A DNA stretch of 62,412 nt, filler included, from Chiloscyllium plagiosum (taxonomy: Eukaryota): assembly GCF_004010195.1 (NCBI RefSeq). It is 3 parts of one record of this genome, joined end to end, with 100 filler letters (N's around TTAATTAATTAA, not from the genome) between each part and the next. Parts side by side here need not be neighbours in the genome. Positions count along the whole stretch, not along the records: positions 1 to 26,422 come from NC_057713.1; positions 26,523 to 57,711 come from NC_057713.1; 1 more part is not named here. One strand, 5' to 3'. This document shows positions 26,001 through 39,170 of this stretch, one piece after another. Each line of letters opens with the position of its first letter. Positions within the stretch are counted from its first letter, which is position 1. The position numbers were made by a program, and so were the translations under genes. The notes under the pieces are model-generated. The model searched no databases. It worked only from the letters and a program-made list of their open reading frames with translations, and was not told the origin of the DNA.

Positions 26001-26094
26001 GGTGGCTACTCGTGCAGCTTAATATAGCCCAGTAAGAGAGAAATAAAATACAAAAATACAAAAATAAACAGAGGATAACAAAGAGAGAAATAAG

Positions 26095-26960
26095 GAAGGA
26101 GAGGATCAATTATGAAGGTAGGCTAGCCAGTAATATTAGAAATGATAGTAAAAGTTTCTTTCAATACATAAGAAACAAACAACAGGCAAAAGTAGACATT
26201 GGGCCACTTCAAACTGATGCTGGAAGCCTAGTGATGGGAGATAAGAAAATAGCAGGAGAACTTAATAAGTACTTTGCGTCAGTCTTCACAGTGGAAGACA
26301 TGAGTAATATGCGAACAATTAAAGGGAGTCAGGGGGCTGAGTTGAGTATGGTTGCCATTACAAATGAGAAAGTGCTAGAAAAGCTAAAAGGTCTTAAAAT
26401 TGACAAATCTCCTGGCCCCGATNNNNNNNNNNNNNNNNNNNNNNNNNNNNNNNNNNNNNNNNNNNNTTAATTAATTAANNNNNNNNNNNNNNNNNNNNNN
26501 NNNNNNNNNNNNNNNNNNNNNNATAGAGGTTTATAAGATGATCAGGGGAATAGATAGAGTAGGCAGTCAGAGACTTTTTCCCCGGGTACAACAGAGTGTT
26601 GCAAGGGGACATAAATTTAAGGTGAAGGGTGGAAGGTATAGGGAGAATGTCAGGTAGGTTCTTTACCCAGAGAGTGGTGGGGGCATGGAATGCGCTACCT
26701 GTTGGAGTGGCAGAGGGGACATAAATTTAAGGTGAAGGGTGGAAGGTATAGGGAGAATGTCAGGTAGGTTCTTTACCCAGAGAGTGGTGGGGGCATGGAA
26801 TGCGCTACCTGTTGGAGTGGCAGAGTCAGAATCATTGGTGAACTTTAAGCGGAAATTGGATAGATACATGGATAGGTGCTTAAGCTAGGACAAATGTTCG
26901 CCATAACATTGTGGGCCAAAGGGCCTGTTCTGTGCTGTATTGTTCTCTGTTCTATGTTCT
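26095..26960 (+). mobile_element. CR1 LINE ORF2 fragments on both sides of an assembly gap
   Basis: ELNKYFASVFTVED..DKSPGPD before the gap; FTQRVVGAWNALP and ttctatgttcta tail after it. Confidence 0.8.
26423..26522. other. Assembly gap (44 N + TTAATTAATTAA + 44 N)
   Basis: Seen directly. Confidence 0.98.
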
Positions 26961-27500
26961 ATTCCAACAGTGGCCTAACTAATGTCCTGTACAGCCGCAT
27001 CATGACCTCCCAACTCCTGTACTCTGACCAATAAAGGAAAGCATACCAAACGTCTTCTTCACTATCCTGTCTACCTGCGATTCCACTTTCAAGGAGCTAT
27101 GAACCTGCACTCCAAGATCTCTTTGTTCAGCAACACTTCCTAGGACCTTACCATTAAGTGTATAAGTCCTGCTAAGATTTGCTTTTTTGCTTTTCCAAAC
27201 TACAGCATCTCACGTTTATCTGAATTAAACTCCATCTGCCACTTCTCAGCCCATTGGCCCATCTGGTCAAGACCCTGTTGTTATCTGAGGTAATCCTCTT
27301 CGCTGTCCACTACACCTCCAATTTTGGTGTCATCTTCAAACTTACTAACTGTACTTCTTATGCTCGCATCCAAATCATTTATGTAAATGACAAAAAGTAG
27401 AGGACCCAACACCAAGCCTTGTGGCACTCCACTGGTCACAGGCCTCCAGTCTGAAAAACAACCCTCCACCACCACCCTCTGTCTTCTACCTTTGAGCCTG
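26960..27500 (-). mobile_element. CR1 RT fragment
   Basis: [46 protein letters not shown]. Confidence 0.88.
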
Positions 27501-29978
27501 ACCATATAATCCTTATAATAGCCTTTCTTGGTCATTAATTTCCTTCAGGAAAAGTAATTTATCAACTGGCCTACATGTGACACCAGACTCATAGCAATTG
27601 GAAATTCCAGATGTATAATAAGTTCTATCTGAGTCAGTGATGCCTACACCTTCTGAATGAATTTTAAATATTAAAAGAGTATAGGTGTCTCAGAATGCAT
27701 GAAGAGGATATTACAGAAATTGGGAGGGGTGAGGCCATGAAACGGTACTCGTGTGAAAATCAATGTATAACTTAAGAACGGTCATGTGGACTCAAAGAAT
27801 TAGTTGTGTTTTTCTCTCTCCAGAAATGCAGTGGAGTTTCTTCAACAATCTGTTTTTATTTCAGATTTCCAGCATCTGCAGTATTTTGCTTATATTTGGA
27901 TATGGAAACAAGTCTGCACTGCAGCTGCAGCCAAATAGACTAAAAGCACCTCAAGGTACAGAAAGAGGCAAGTGTTAGTCTAAATCAGAAGCACATTTGG
28001 ACACATTGGTTAGCTTAATAGTCTAGTGAACACTGAGGAGGTACTGCATTTAGAAGGTGATGCTAAACCGAGATCCAATTTGTCCATTCCGGTCATCATA
28101 AAAGTTCCCATGGCACTATTTCAAAGCACAGCAGGAAGAAGCTAGTAGAGTTCCTTCAGAGAACATTTCTGATCATTGTCACAGTGCTGTTCAGAGCATC
28201 TTATTTGTGTACAAATTAAATTATAACATGAACAGCATTTTAAAAACACTCCTTCAATGGCTCTAAAATGTTCTGGAACATTCTAAACACATCACACAAA
28301 CAATGCTTCATTGCTTTTCTTTTACTTTAAAAATGCAGTGTTTTGAAAAACGTGATAACACTTTGAGTGACCCAGCATTTTATGGAAAAATATAGCAAGA
28401 AGGTGCCCACTCAGCATTTTGAGCCTTCGCTTTGTGGACTGCTTTCACTAATTAGCATAAGATGGCTGATGGCTTGCCCATTACTGAATAGCAAAAGATG
28501 ACTGCTCACAAATATTGCTGACAACAATATTTTTCCTCTGTGAACTAAAACCATCAGAAAATAAAATTACCAGTGTCAAGATAAAAATATTGGAACAATA
28601 GAACAGTCACAGCTAGTACCTTCTGTCAGCCATAGATAAAACAATGGCAACTTTCCAGGTCAGACCTAACCATATTCGAAATTTAATTCAACTCTGAAAA
28701 CCAAACATAAAGGAATTCTTGATCTTACATTATTAATTGTTTAATCAATAATTATAGAACCAAATTAGTTCATAAAAGGATTCAAACCAGACAACAAATG
28801 GTTAATGATAACCACAAATCTCTCTCTATCTTTTTCCTCTCTCTTTCTCTTTTTAAGAAAAAGAATGACAACTGCAAATCTCTCTAAGATATAGAAATTT
28901 CAACTGGAATGTGTCAAACCACATAACTGTGTTGGAACTGATCAAAAGTAAATATTCTTTTGTTTTACCTGTAATGAGAAGTTTCTAATTATTTGTCAGT
29001 TCTGGTAAAAGTTACTCAGACAGAAAATAGCATAAACATTTCAAAAACTTACAAGTTCAAAAATGCCCAGCTATGAGAGAGCCCATCATAGAGCAACAGC
29101 TCAGCTTTGCTGTCCAATAGTACATTCTAACTTAAAATGTATAAAGACACACATTGTAGGTCTGTGGTATTCTTATTAGAATTATTTTAATGATTTTCTG
29201 TATTCTGATTTTCTGTATTTAATTTGTTAATTATTCGGTATTTGGTTCTGTTTTTTTGTGTGTGTAGTTGAGACCTTTTTTTTTATTCTGCATTCAGTAT
29301 CAATGCTATCCAAATAAAGTGCATATTTTGAGTCTAATGCCATTGAAAGATATGAGTTCTATCATGGACCATCAATGATAGCAAATTGACCTTGTACAAA
29401 ATCAAAACCTCGTGGCTCAGTATAACTCTCACACTATCATTATCATCAAGCCAGGGGATCAATTATGATTGAAAGAGGTGTGTTGTGGCATACCTAGAAA
29501 TGAGGTAAAAGCTGCAACCCGATGAATTTCAAACTTGCTAAAAACGAGACATGAAGTTGTAGCTTTTTTGGATGAGGAATGAAGAAATAAACTTGAACAA
29601 AGGGACACCAATTTATACAGCCTGAGAAGGGGATTCTGATTGGTTGGGCCATTGTTGGCATGGTAATTGGCAAGAACTGTTAACTATCAACAGTAGTTCT
29701 CAGTCAAGGCAGGCAGACTCTAATTAGTCAGCGTTTTGCTCAGGAACGCAACAGCGATTAGGCAGCCTCCATGGCATTTTTTGTTCATTTGAGAAAGGTA
29801 TATGTATTCCTTTTGCCAACATAAGAAGGTCTCATGTGTAAATATAGCATCTCCCCCCAGCTCCCACCCAACCCCTCTACATCTCCTTATGCTTTCTTTA
29901 GAGTTTCAATAAAGTGAATTGGTCATATGAGAGTTTCAAATTCCTGCCAACACTGAAAAAAAACTTCAAGAATTATAT

Positions 29979-30198
29979 AAAGCCAAATTACTGTGGATGC
30001 TGGAATCTGAAACCAAACGAGAAAATGCTGGAAAATTTCAGCAGGTCTGACAGCATCTGTAAGGAGAGAAAGAGCTGATGTTTCGAGTCTAACTGACCCT
30101 TTGTCAAAGGGTCAGTTAGATTTGAAACGTCAGCTCTTTTCTCTCCTTACAGATGCTACCAAACCTGCTGAGATTTTCCAGCATTTTCTCTCTTTGGG
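29979..30198. mobile_element. Hairpin mini-element (PLE-terminus-like), 14-bp TSD
   Basis: Long inverted repeat centred at about 30103 (tctaactgacccttt gtc aaagggtcagttaga); GAAACGTC motif; TSD TTCAAGAATTATAT at 29965-29978 and 30199-30212. Confidence 0.8.
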
Positions 30199-31141
30199 TT
30201 CAAGAATTATATCCTTACTGTTCATATTCATAGGCTCAGAATGTTGTCACAATGTTGACCTGTTGTCAGCTATTTCAAATGGAAGTATTGACCTCACTTA
30301 TGAGTGTGTTGGGCAGATCTAACTTTTGGCAAAACCAAGAGCAGCTTGGAGAACATATGAGAGAAGATTTGTACTCTATGCTCACTGACATCCTTTGATG
30401 AAACACAAAAGAAAACAAAACCAAGATGCCCCAGCAATGCTGGAACTCAGATGACATCGCTGCAATGCATACAATAACTGTTTTCAAAATGCTCACGGTT
30501 TCCACTCACAAACCCAGCGCCATTTGTGGGCTCAGGCATCAGATATTTCATTCAGGATTAGAGTAAAACATTTGTTCTATTCTTCTCCATATCCCCTGGC
30601 TTGATGATAATGATATTGCTCAGAATTTAAAGAAAACAAACTGATAATTTCTTCATGAGTTAATTTGCTGAATGCAGTTTGCATTGACAGCATCACGTGA
30701 ATAGCTTTGTAGAAAGTGACTCTACTCACAGGATAAACACCACAATCTGCAGGACCTACGAATGTTCTGAGATCACAACCAATGTCTGCACGGGAACAAG
30801 ACACTTTTACATGTATTGCCACATTAAAACACATGCGTTTTGCTCTTGCAAGTCGCATAGCCTGCAGTCCAAGGCAGAACATCTTATATGTTCGTAAAAA
30901 CTTGTTTCACCAAAATGTACTTCCTTTGTGAAGGAATAGCTACAAGAAAAACAGTTCCATTAGATTTTTGTTATAGCTCATCAAGATTTTTTTTTTAATC
31001 CTCATAGAGCATGGTCTGTACCGATGACCTCCAGACAGTTTTCCTTCGGGTTGAGTTTGGGTACCTTGGGACATGACTGGACATACCTTTGATTATGCTC
31101 ACAGCTGGTTATCATGCTAACAGTCAGTGTTCACCTATTAA

Positions 31142-31430
31142 GGGAGAGTCAATGACTTAGTGATATTATTGCTAGATTATTAATCCAGAAACTCAGCTCC
31201 TATTCTGGGACCTGGATTTGAATCTTGCCTTGGCGGCAATGATGGAAATTGAATTCATTAAAAAAAAATCTGGAATTAAGAATCTACTGGTGACCATGAG
31301 ATGACTGTCAGAAGAACCTACCTGGTTTACGAATGTCCTTCAGGGGAAGAAACCTGCTATCCTCACCTGGTTTGGCCTACGTGTGAATCCAGACCAACAG
31401 CAATGTGATTGACTCTCAATTGCCCTCTGA
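31142..31430 (+). mobile_element. Old tRNA-derived SINE (shark DeuSINE/SacSINE-like); related copy at about 39190-39480
   Basis: taatccaga...ggatttgaatc (B box)...gaattcattaaaaa..tctggaatt...gactctcaattgccctctgaaatgg. Confidence 0.55.
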
Positions 31431-31599
31431 AATGGTGACATTTAAGAGGTATCTGTGTGATTACTTGAATAGGGAGGTGATACAGACCAAATAAGGAAGG
31501 GAAGGTTTTTATTTATTTAATTAGAGCACAATGATCGGCACAGGCTTGCAGGACCAAAGGGCCTGTTCCTGTACTGTACTTTTCTTTTGTTCACATTAA

Positions 31600-33850
31600 G
31601 AATCACCTCCATTGTGTTGTGTGGTACCATCACCATGCTAAATGGGACAGACTTCAAACAGATCTCGTAACTATAGACTAGGCAACCATAACGCACTGTG
31701 GGCCATCATCAGCAGCAGAACAGTACTCCAATGCATTTTTCAAAATCATGGCTTGGGGTATTCCCACTCAACTGTTATCATCAAGCCTGGGAATTAACCA
31801 TTGGTCAATGGAGAGTACAAGAGAGCATGCCATGAGCAGATCCATGCATACTTAAAAAATGAGGTGTCAACCTGGTGAAGCTACAAAACAGGACTACTTG
31901 AGTGTCAAACAGCATAAGCAGCAAGTGATAGTCAGAGTCAAACGATTCCCCAACCAAGGTATCAAATCTAAGATCTGCAGTCCTGCTACATCCAGACAGA
32001 AATGGTGGTGGACAGTTAAACAACTCATTGGAGTAGGGGGCTCCATAAATATGCCATCCTCAATGATGGAAGAGCCCAACTCATAAGTGCAAAAGATAAG
32101 GCTGAAGCAATCATAGCAATCTTAAATCAGAAGTGCCATTTGGATGATCCACCATTGCCTCCTCCACTGGTCCTAGCATTACAGTTACCAGTCTTCAGCC
32201 AATTCAATTCACTCCACATGATATCAAGAAACAGTTAGAATCACTGGACACTGAAAAGGCTATGGGCCCTGACAACATTCCCGCAATTATACTGAAGACT
32301 TATGCTCCAAAGTCCAAGCTGTTCCAGTCCCGTACCAACGCTGACATATGCCCAACAATGTGGAATACTGTCCAAATATAAAAAGCAAGAAAAATCCAAC
32401 CCAGTCGAATACCACCTCATCAGCCTACTCTCGATCATCAGTGAAGTAATGGAAGTATCACTGATTGTGCTATTGAGCAGCACCTACTTATTGAAGCCAA
32501 ATTTGGGTTCCACTAGGGCCGTTCAGCTCCCGACTTCATTATAGCCATGATTCAAAGATGGACAAAAAGGGCTGAATTCCAGAAAAAAAATGAATAAACT
32601 GCAATGCTAGAAGTCAGAAACAAATACAGAAATTACTGGAAAACCTCAGCATGTCTGGCAGCAACTGTATAGAGAGATCCGAATTAACATTTCAGGTCCA
32701 ATAACCCTTCTTCAGAATCCCAGATTCCAGAGGCAAGATGGGAATTAAGCCCTTGACATCAAGGCATTCAACTGAGTGTGGCATCAAGGTGCCCTTTGGA
32801 AGACTGGAATCAATAGGTATTGGGGACAGACATTTAATTGGTTGGAGTCACACCTGGCGCATTGGAAGACGATCATAGTTATTGGAAGTTGGTCATCTCA
32901 GCTCCAGGACATCTCTACAGGTATTCCTGGGGGGTAGTATCCGAGGTCCAACCATCTTAAGCTGCTTCACCAATGACCATGATAAGGTCAGAAGTGAGGG
33001 TGTCCGCTGATGACTTGCACAATGTTCAGTACATTCACGACTCCTAAGATACTGAAATGTTCAAATACAACGAGATCCAGACAATAATCTGACTTGGGCT
33101 GACAGGTCACAAATAACATCTGTGCTACACAAATACACATCACCAATAAGAAAGAAAATCTAATCACCACTCACTGACTTTCAATCAACATCCTTGAGGG
33201 TACCATTGACCAGAAACTCAACTCGACCTACTATGTAAATACATCAGCTACAAGAAGAGGTCAGGGGCTAGAAATACTGCAGTATGTAACTCACTTCCTG
33301 ACTCCCCAAAGCCTGTCCATCATCTACAAGGCACAAGTCAGAAGTGTGATGGAATATTTTCCACTTGCCTGGACATGTGCAGCTTCAACAACATTTCAGA
33401 ACCTTGATACTATCAAAGACAAAGCAGTACGTTTGACTGGCACTACATCTACTTAGCAGCAATGTGTATTATCTGTAAGATTCAGAAATTCTCCAAAGAG
33501 CCTCAGACAGCATCACAACCATTTCCATCTAGAAGGGCAACACCAGTTGATACTTGAGAACATTAACATCTAGAGTTCCCCTCCAAGTCACTCATCATCC
33601 TAACTTGAACATGACCATTCCTGATGTAAGGCTTATGCCCAAAATGTCGACTTTCTTGCTCCTTGGATGCTGCCTGAACAGCTGTGCGTTTCCAGTGCTC
33701 CTGGGTCAAAATCTTGGCATTCTCTCCTGAACAGAAATGTGAGTCACCCCATATCAGGTGGACTGCAGCAATTCAAAAGGCAGCTCACCACCACTTTCTG
33801 AAGGACAGCTAAGGGTGGGCAACAAGTGCCAGTGATGTTCACATGAATGA
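31600..33850 (+). mobile_element. Old CR1/L2-group LINE (RT), with small PLE-derived insertions at 32584-32723 and about 33620-33700
   Basis: KWWWTVKQL, KAMGPDNIP, KSNPVEYHLISLLSIISEVME, ADD; aatgaataaa 3' end. Confidence 0.75.
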
Positions 33851-34074
33851 ATAAAACAAAATTCATAAAGTAAATAATTATACATATAGTAAAGAAGCAG
33901 CGAGTCACTAATCGCCCTGGAAACAGGCCAACAAGGTTGAATTTCATATTTCAATGGCATCAGCTAAGTGAAGGGTTGAAAACAACAGCCATGTGTAAGA
34001 GTCCTGTCCTATTCTGAACACAGACAGTTTTCTATGTTGGGAGGTGCCAGTGACCAGCTGATCTCAGAGCTGGG

Positions 34075-34321
34075 CAGAACCTCAATTATCCAGCATTTGA
34101 TTATCCAAATATTAGACTATCCTTCAATATCGCAAGGTCCCAATGCTCTTCTAAACAATGTTATCCGGCATTGGATTATCTGGCATTGGATTATCCAGCA
34201 AGATCACAAGGTCCCAATGCTCAGCTAAACTATGTTATCCTGCATTCGATTATCAGACATTCGACTAACTAAACAAAATACTCCCTGCTCGTGTCCTTCA
34301 GATAATCGAGGTTCCTCTGTA
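34075..34321. mobile_element. Tc1/mariner-pogo (Tigger-like) MITE
   Basis: cagaacctcaattatcc ... gataatcgaggttcctctgta termini; internal gattatcc repeats. Confidence 0.65.
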
Positions 34322-35689
34322 AATGGTTGTGATCAATTTCTATTGTTTTTATTGTACAATCAATGATGAAAGCCAACATTTCCATGAAAATGGCAACATT
34401 TTAAGCATCAGGGGTTCTGAGCGTTATCAGGCTTTGCTACATATGGCTGCTCTAAAATTGGTAATTCTGAAAGGAGCAGTTCTAAATTCAAGATCACCTG
34501 TAGGTCATACAGGACAGTTTAGAGATTATAGTTTGTTAAAGAATGAGAAAATACATTGACAGAGTTGGAGGGGCTTATGCCCGAAACGTCGATTCTCCTG
34601 CTCCTTGGATGCTGCCTGACCTGTTGCGCTTTTCCAGCAATTTTTCAGCTAATTGTTGCAGTCAGGATTTGGAAATCCTTGGGTGCTAAGAAAGTATGAA
34701 GGTTTCAAGCTCTTTATAAGAGAAAGCTGTAAAGGGATAGATGGACTTTAAGCATTCATGCTTCACAGCAGTTGAGAGAGTATGGGGTTGAAGAGCCCAC
34801 AAGCGGTATTTGCTTGATGTACTTGACCAAAATTGGATTCATTGGGGTAATACTCAAGAGCAGGACTGGCTTGGAGAAGAGCTGAAGTTAAGCATGCAAA
34901 TTAGTATGCAGTACAGTTTCTGAGTCAAAGGCATGGTGAACCTGAGGCAAGAGGATGAACTACCATAAAAAGAAGTAGAGTGAGTTTCAAGAACAAATCA
35001 GCAAAACTGAACAATTGTGATCCCTTGTGAAACTTCACGGGATTTGATAGCTGACTGTGGTAGGTAGGGAGGAGGTTACTGAGAAATCCAATGGATCTGA
35101 CTTGATCATATTTAATTAGTTTGCTGGGATGGTACAGACTATTTTCCATGTGTACCACTCATGAATTTTGGATGTTAGCAATAACTTACACATGCATTAT
35201 AGTACATATTACTGATCTAACATTATAAAGTTTATTGTTGTCTGTTTAAATCTGTAGAATCTTGTGGCTTTATTTTCTTAGTATAACTCTGGGATCCCAT
35301 ATCTTGTTCATTTTATAAACATAGGTTACTGGGCCCTAACCAGATTGTTACATAAATTTGATGGTCTTATCTTTAATCATAAATAATACACATGCTGATG
35401 TCAGACAAATTGTAACAGAACTTTTCTTCAAATCAATATCATCATCAGTGAGAGATATCAGCACAGCTTATTTTTCAATTGAATTAGTAGGTGGATCCAA
35501 TTTTCATTATTGCCCTTTCAAGCATCGAGATATGACTGGTACCTACAATGATTGTAACGAAGTCAGCCGGATGGACATCATAGAATATGAGATTCCTGAT
35601 TGGGCCGGTTAATCAGGTTCGATCAGAGTTCCCAGCCTGACAAAAACGAACATGTTATTAACAAATGCAATAACTCTAGTATGTTGGCT

Positions 35690-38080
35690 AGATCAGTTTT
35701 TGTCCAATGTGTACAGGAGGGTTTCCTGACACAGTATGTCGAAGGGCCGACAAGAGGGGAGGCCACAGTGGATCTGGTGCTTTGTAGTGAACCAGGGTAG
35801 GTGTTTGATTTAGTTGTAGGTGAGCACTTTGGAGAGAGTAACCATAATTCAGTTATGTTTAGTTTAGCAATGGAAAGGGATAGGTTCATGCCACAGGTCA
35901 AAAGTTATCCATGGGCCAAGGACAATTATAATATGATTAGGCAAGAATTAGGATGCATAGAATGGGGTAGCAAAATGCAGGGGATATAGACAATGGAAAT
36001 GTGGAGCTGGTTTAAGGAACAGATATTGCGTGTCCTTGATAGGTATGTCCCTGTCAGGCAGGGAGGAAGTGATAAGGCAAGGGTACTGTGGTTTACAACA
36101 GAAATTGCATCTCTTGTTAAGTGGAAGAAGAAGGCTTATGTGTTGATGAGACAAGATGGTTCAGATGAGGTGATGGAGAGTTACAGATCAGCTAGGAAGG
36201 ATTTAAAGACAGAGTTAAGAAGAGCAAAGAGAGGACACGAGCAGTCCTTAGCAAATAGAATAAAGGAGAACCCGAAAGCTTTCTATAGGTATGTGAGGAA
36301 TAAAAAGATGACTAGGGTAGGAATAGGGCCAGTGAAAGACAGAGGTGGGAAGTTGAGTGTGGACCCTTTGGAGATCAGAAAGGTGCTAGACGAACATTTC
36401 TCATTGTTTTTCACGCAGGAAAAGGAGAATATTGTAGAGGAGAAGAATGAGATATGGTATAATAGACCAGACAGGATCGAGGTTAGTTACGAAGAAGTGT
36501 TATCAATTCTAGAAGGAGTGAAAGTAGACAAGTCCCGGGGCTGGATGGGATTTATCCGAGGATTCTCTGGGAAGCTAGGGAGGAGATATCAGAGCCTTTG
36601 GCTTTGATACTTGAGCTGTTATTGTCTACAGGTTTAGTACCAGAGGACTGAAGGATTGCAAATGTTGTGCCCTTGTTCAAGAAGGGCAGTAGAGATGATG
36701 CAGGTAATTATAGACCAGTGAGCCTTATTTCAGTTGTAGGAAAGGTTTTGGAAAGGATTATAAGAGATAAGATTTATAATCATCTAGCAAGCAACAATTT
36801 GATTTCACATAGTCAACATGGTTTCATCAAGGGCAGGTCGTGTCTCACAAACCTCATTGAGTTTTTTGAGAAGGTGACCAAGCATGTAGACGAGGGTAGG
36901 GCAGTTGGCATGGTATACATGGACTTCAGTAAAGCCTTTGATAAGGCTGCACATGGTAGGCTGGTGGAGAAAATGCAGAGGCATGGGATTGAGGGTGATT
37001 TTAGCAGTTTGGATGAGAAACTGGCTTTCTGAAAGAAGGCAGCAAGTGGTGGTTGATGGAAAAGATTCAGCCTGGAGTCCAGTTATTAGTGGTGTGCCAC
37101 AAGGATCTGTTTTGGGACCACTGCTATTTGTCATTTTTTATAAATGACAGACACAGGCATAGGTGGATGGTTTAGTAAATTTGCAGATGACACTAAAGTC
37201 AGTGGAGTAGTGGACAGTTTGGAAGAATGTTACAGGTTGCAGGGGGACTTGGATAAACTGCAGAATTGGGCTGAGAGATGTCAAATGAAGATCAATGCAG
37301 CTAAATGTGAGGTGATTCATTTTGAAAAGAATAATAGGAAGGCAGAGTACTGGGTCAATAGAAAGATTCTTGGTAGTGTGGATGTGCAGAGGGATCTTGG
37401 TGTCCATGCACATAGATCCCTGAAAGCTGCCAACAGGTGGATAGTGCTGTTAAGAAGGCATATGGTGTGTTAGATTTCATTGGGAGACAGATTGAGATCC
37501 AGAGCCGCAATATCACGCCGTAACTATACAAAACGCTAGTGTGGCCACAGTTGGAATATTGCGTACAGTTCTGGTCCCCATATTTCGGGAAGGATGTGGA
37601 AGCATTGGAAAAGGTGCAGAGGATATTTACCAGGATATTGCCTGGCCTGGAGGGAAGGTCTTATGAGGAATGGCTGAGAGACTTGGGTCTGTTCTCATTG
37701 GTAAGAAGAAGGCTAAGAGGGGATTTGATAGAGACATACAAGATGATCAGAGGATTAGATAGAGTAGACAGTGAAAGTCTTTTTCCTAGGATGATGACAT
37801 CAGCTTGTACGAGGGGGCATAACTACAAATTGAGGGGTGATAGATTTAAGACAGATGTCAGAGACAGGTTCTTTACTCAGAGAGTGGTAAGGGTGGAATG
37901 CCCTACCTGCCAATGTAGTTAATTCAGCCACATTAGGGAGATTTAAACAATCCTTGGTCAAACACATGGATAATGATGGGGTAGTGTAGGGGGACGAGCT
38001 GAGAATAGTTCACAGGTCAGCGCAACATTGAGAGCTGAAGGGCCTGTTCTGCGCTGTATTGTTCTATGTTATATGTTCTA
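35690..38080 (+). mobile_element. CR1 LINE ORF2 (endonuclease end through RT to 3' tail)
   Basis: [60 protein letters not shown]; ttctatgtt tail. Confidence 0.92.
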
Positions 38081-38212
38081 ACAGATGACAGGGGCAAAAA
38101 AAAACAGGTGTCAGACATCTTGTTCACTCTTACAGCTCGTTCCAAAAGAGCTGGACCAATGTCAAGGACTCTCCATGTGTAAATAAAGGTGGTTTAATGA
38201 CAGGGTACCCAG

Positions 38213-38335
38213 GAGAAAGTGAGGACTCCAGATGCTGGAGATCAGAGTCGAGTGTGTGGTGCTGGAAAAGCACAGCAGGTCAGGCAACATCCGAGGAGCA
38301 GGAGAATCGATGTTTCAGGCATAAGCCCTTCATCA
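38213..38335 (-). mobile_element. PLE-terminus mini-insertion with hammerhead-like core, 9-bp TSD
   Basis: Minus strand CTGATGAagggcttatgcctGAAAcatc; TSD GGTACCCAG at 38204-38212 and 38336-38344. Confidence 0.75.
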
Positions 38336-38989
38336 GGTACCCAGCTGCTGTGGAGTTATTTCAGTATCCACCTGACATCTTCTAACCCTGATTAACATAG
38401 AGAAACTCACACTTTTCTCCAGATGGAGGCATAATCAAGGTTTGATTCAAAAATGTTAGAAGAAGATATTAAGCAGCATGTTGATCAGAATTCAGTTTAA
38501 AATCTTGGTACTGCTACTGACCCAAATCTGCAGAAAAAACAGGAGAAAATGACAAGCAAATCCCACCACCATAATCAATGGAGGAAAGGAAAAATGTTGA
38601 TTGAAGGAAGAGAAGAACATTTAACATGCATTTTGTGGCATTGAAGTCTGACAGGTGAGAGTTCGGACCACCACAAGGATTCACACCCAACCATGACACT
38701 GACAATGAGCTAATTTTGGAATTGCCATCTTCAAAATAATTTTAACAAGTTAACTTATCACATTGCCTGGAAGCACCAGAGAACAATAGCAACACTTAAA
38801 AAAGACTTTGGATAGGTACATGGATGGAAAGGGTTTAAAGGGGTATGGACTAAGTGCAGGCAATTGGAACTAGTTGACTGAGAACCATGGGCAGCATGGG
38901 TCAGTTAGGGCTGAAGGGCCTGTTTCCATGCTGTATTCCTCTGTGATTCTATAACTGCTGCAGCAGTCAAGCATGGCACCATGCTTTGC

Positions 38990-39170
38990 TCCTGTACTGA
39001 GGAACTATGCTGAGATATTGTACTGAGACACTGTACTGAGGACTGTAATGACACCCTCTACTGAGACACTATCCAGTGAATCTGTACTCAGGTGCTGTAT
39101 TGAGACACTATTCTGAGATACTGTCTATGTTAGTGTATGTGGCATTGTACTGTGACAGTGTACCATGACA
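38990..39170. repeat. Degenerate tandem repeat of about 13 bp (tgtactgagacac)
   Basis: tactgag(a/g) recurs at a spacing of about 12-13 bp. Confidence 0.7.

Larger units (their letters stand above)
35544..38363 (+). mobile_element. Solo LTR interrupted by a CR1 and a PLE-derived mini-element
   Basis: 5' half tgattgtaacgaagtcagcc..ctgattgg; 3' half caggtgtcag..aaataaagg..ttatttCA; flanks GTACC (35539-43) and GTATC (38364-68) resemble a 5-bp TSD. Confidence 0.6.

Noticed and set aside
26467..26478. TTAATTAATTAA in the middle of N runs (also 57756-57767)
   Set aside because: Identical 44N-12-44N layout at both sites and stops in all six frames indicate an artificial scaffolding spacer.
26604..26823. 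Exact 110-bp tandem duplication in a CR1 3' end
   Set aside because: It lies next to a contig end in a high-copy repeat and is probably an assembly artefact.
28963..28981. Minus-strand cttctcattacAG|GTaaaa, a possible recursive splice site
   Set aside because: Weak polypyrimidine tract and donor; expected by chance in 60 kb.
30577..30897. 101-aa and 66-aa ORFs in unique sequence
   Set aside because: No recognisable homology to OXR1 or any other protein, and no convincing splice-site pair.
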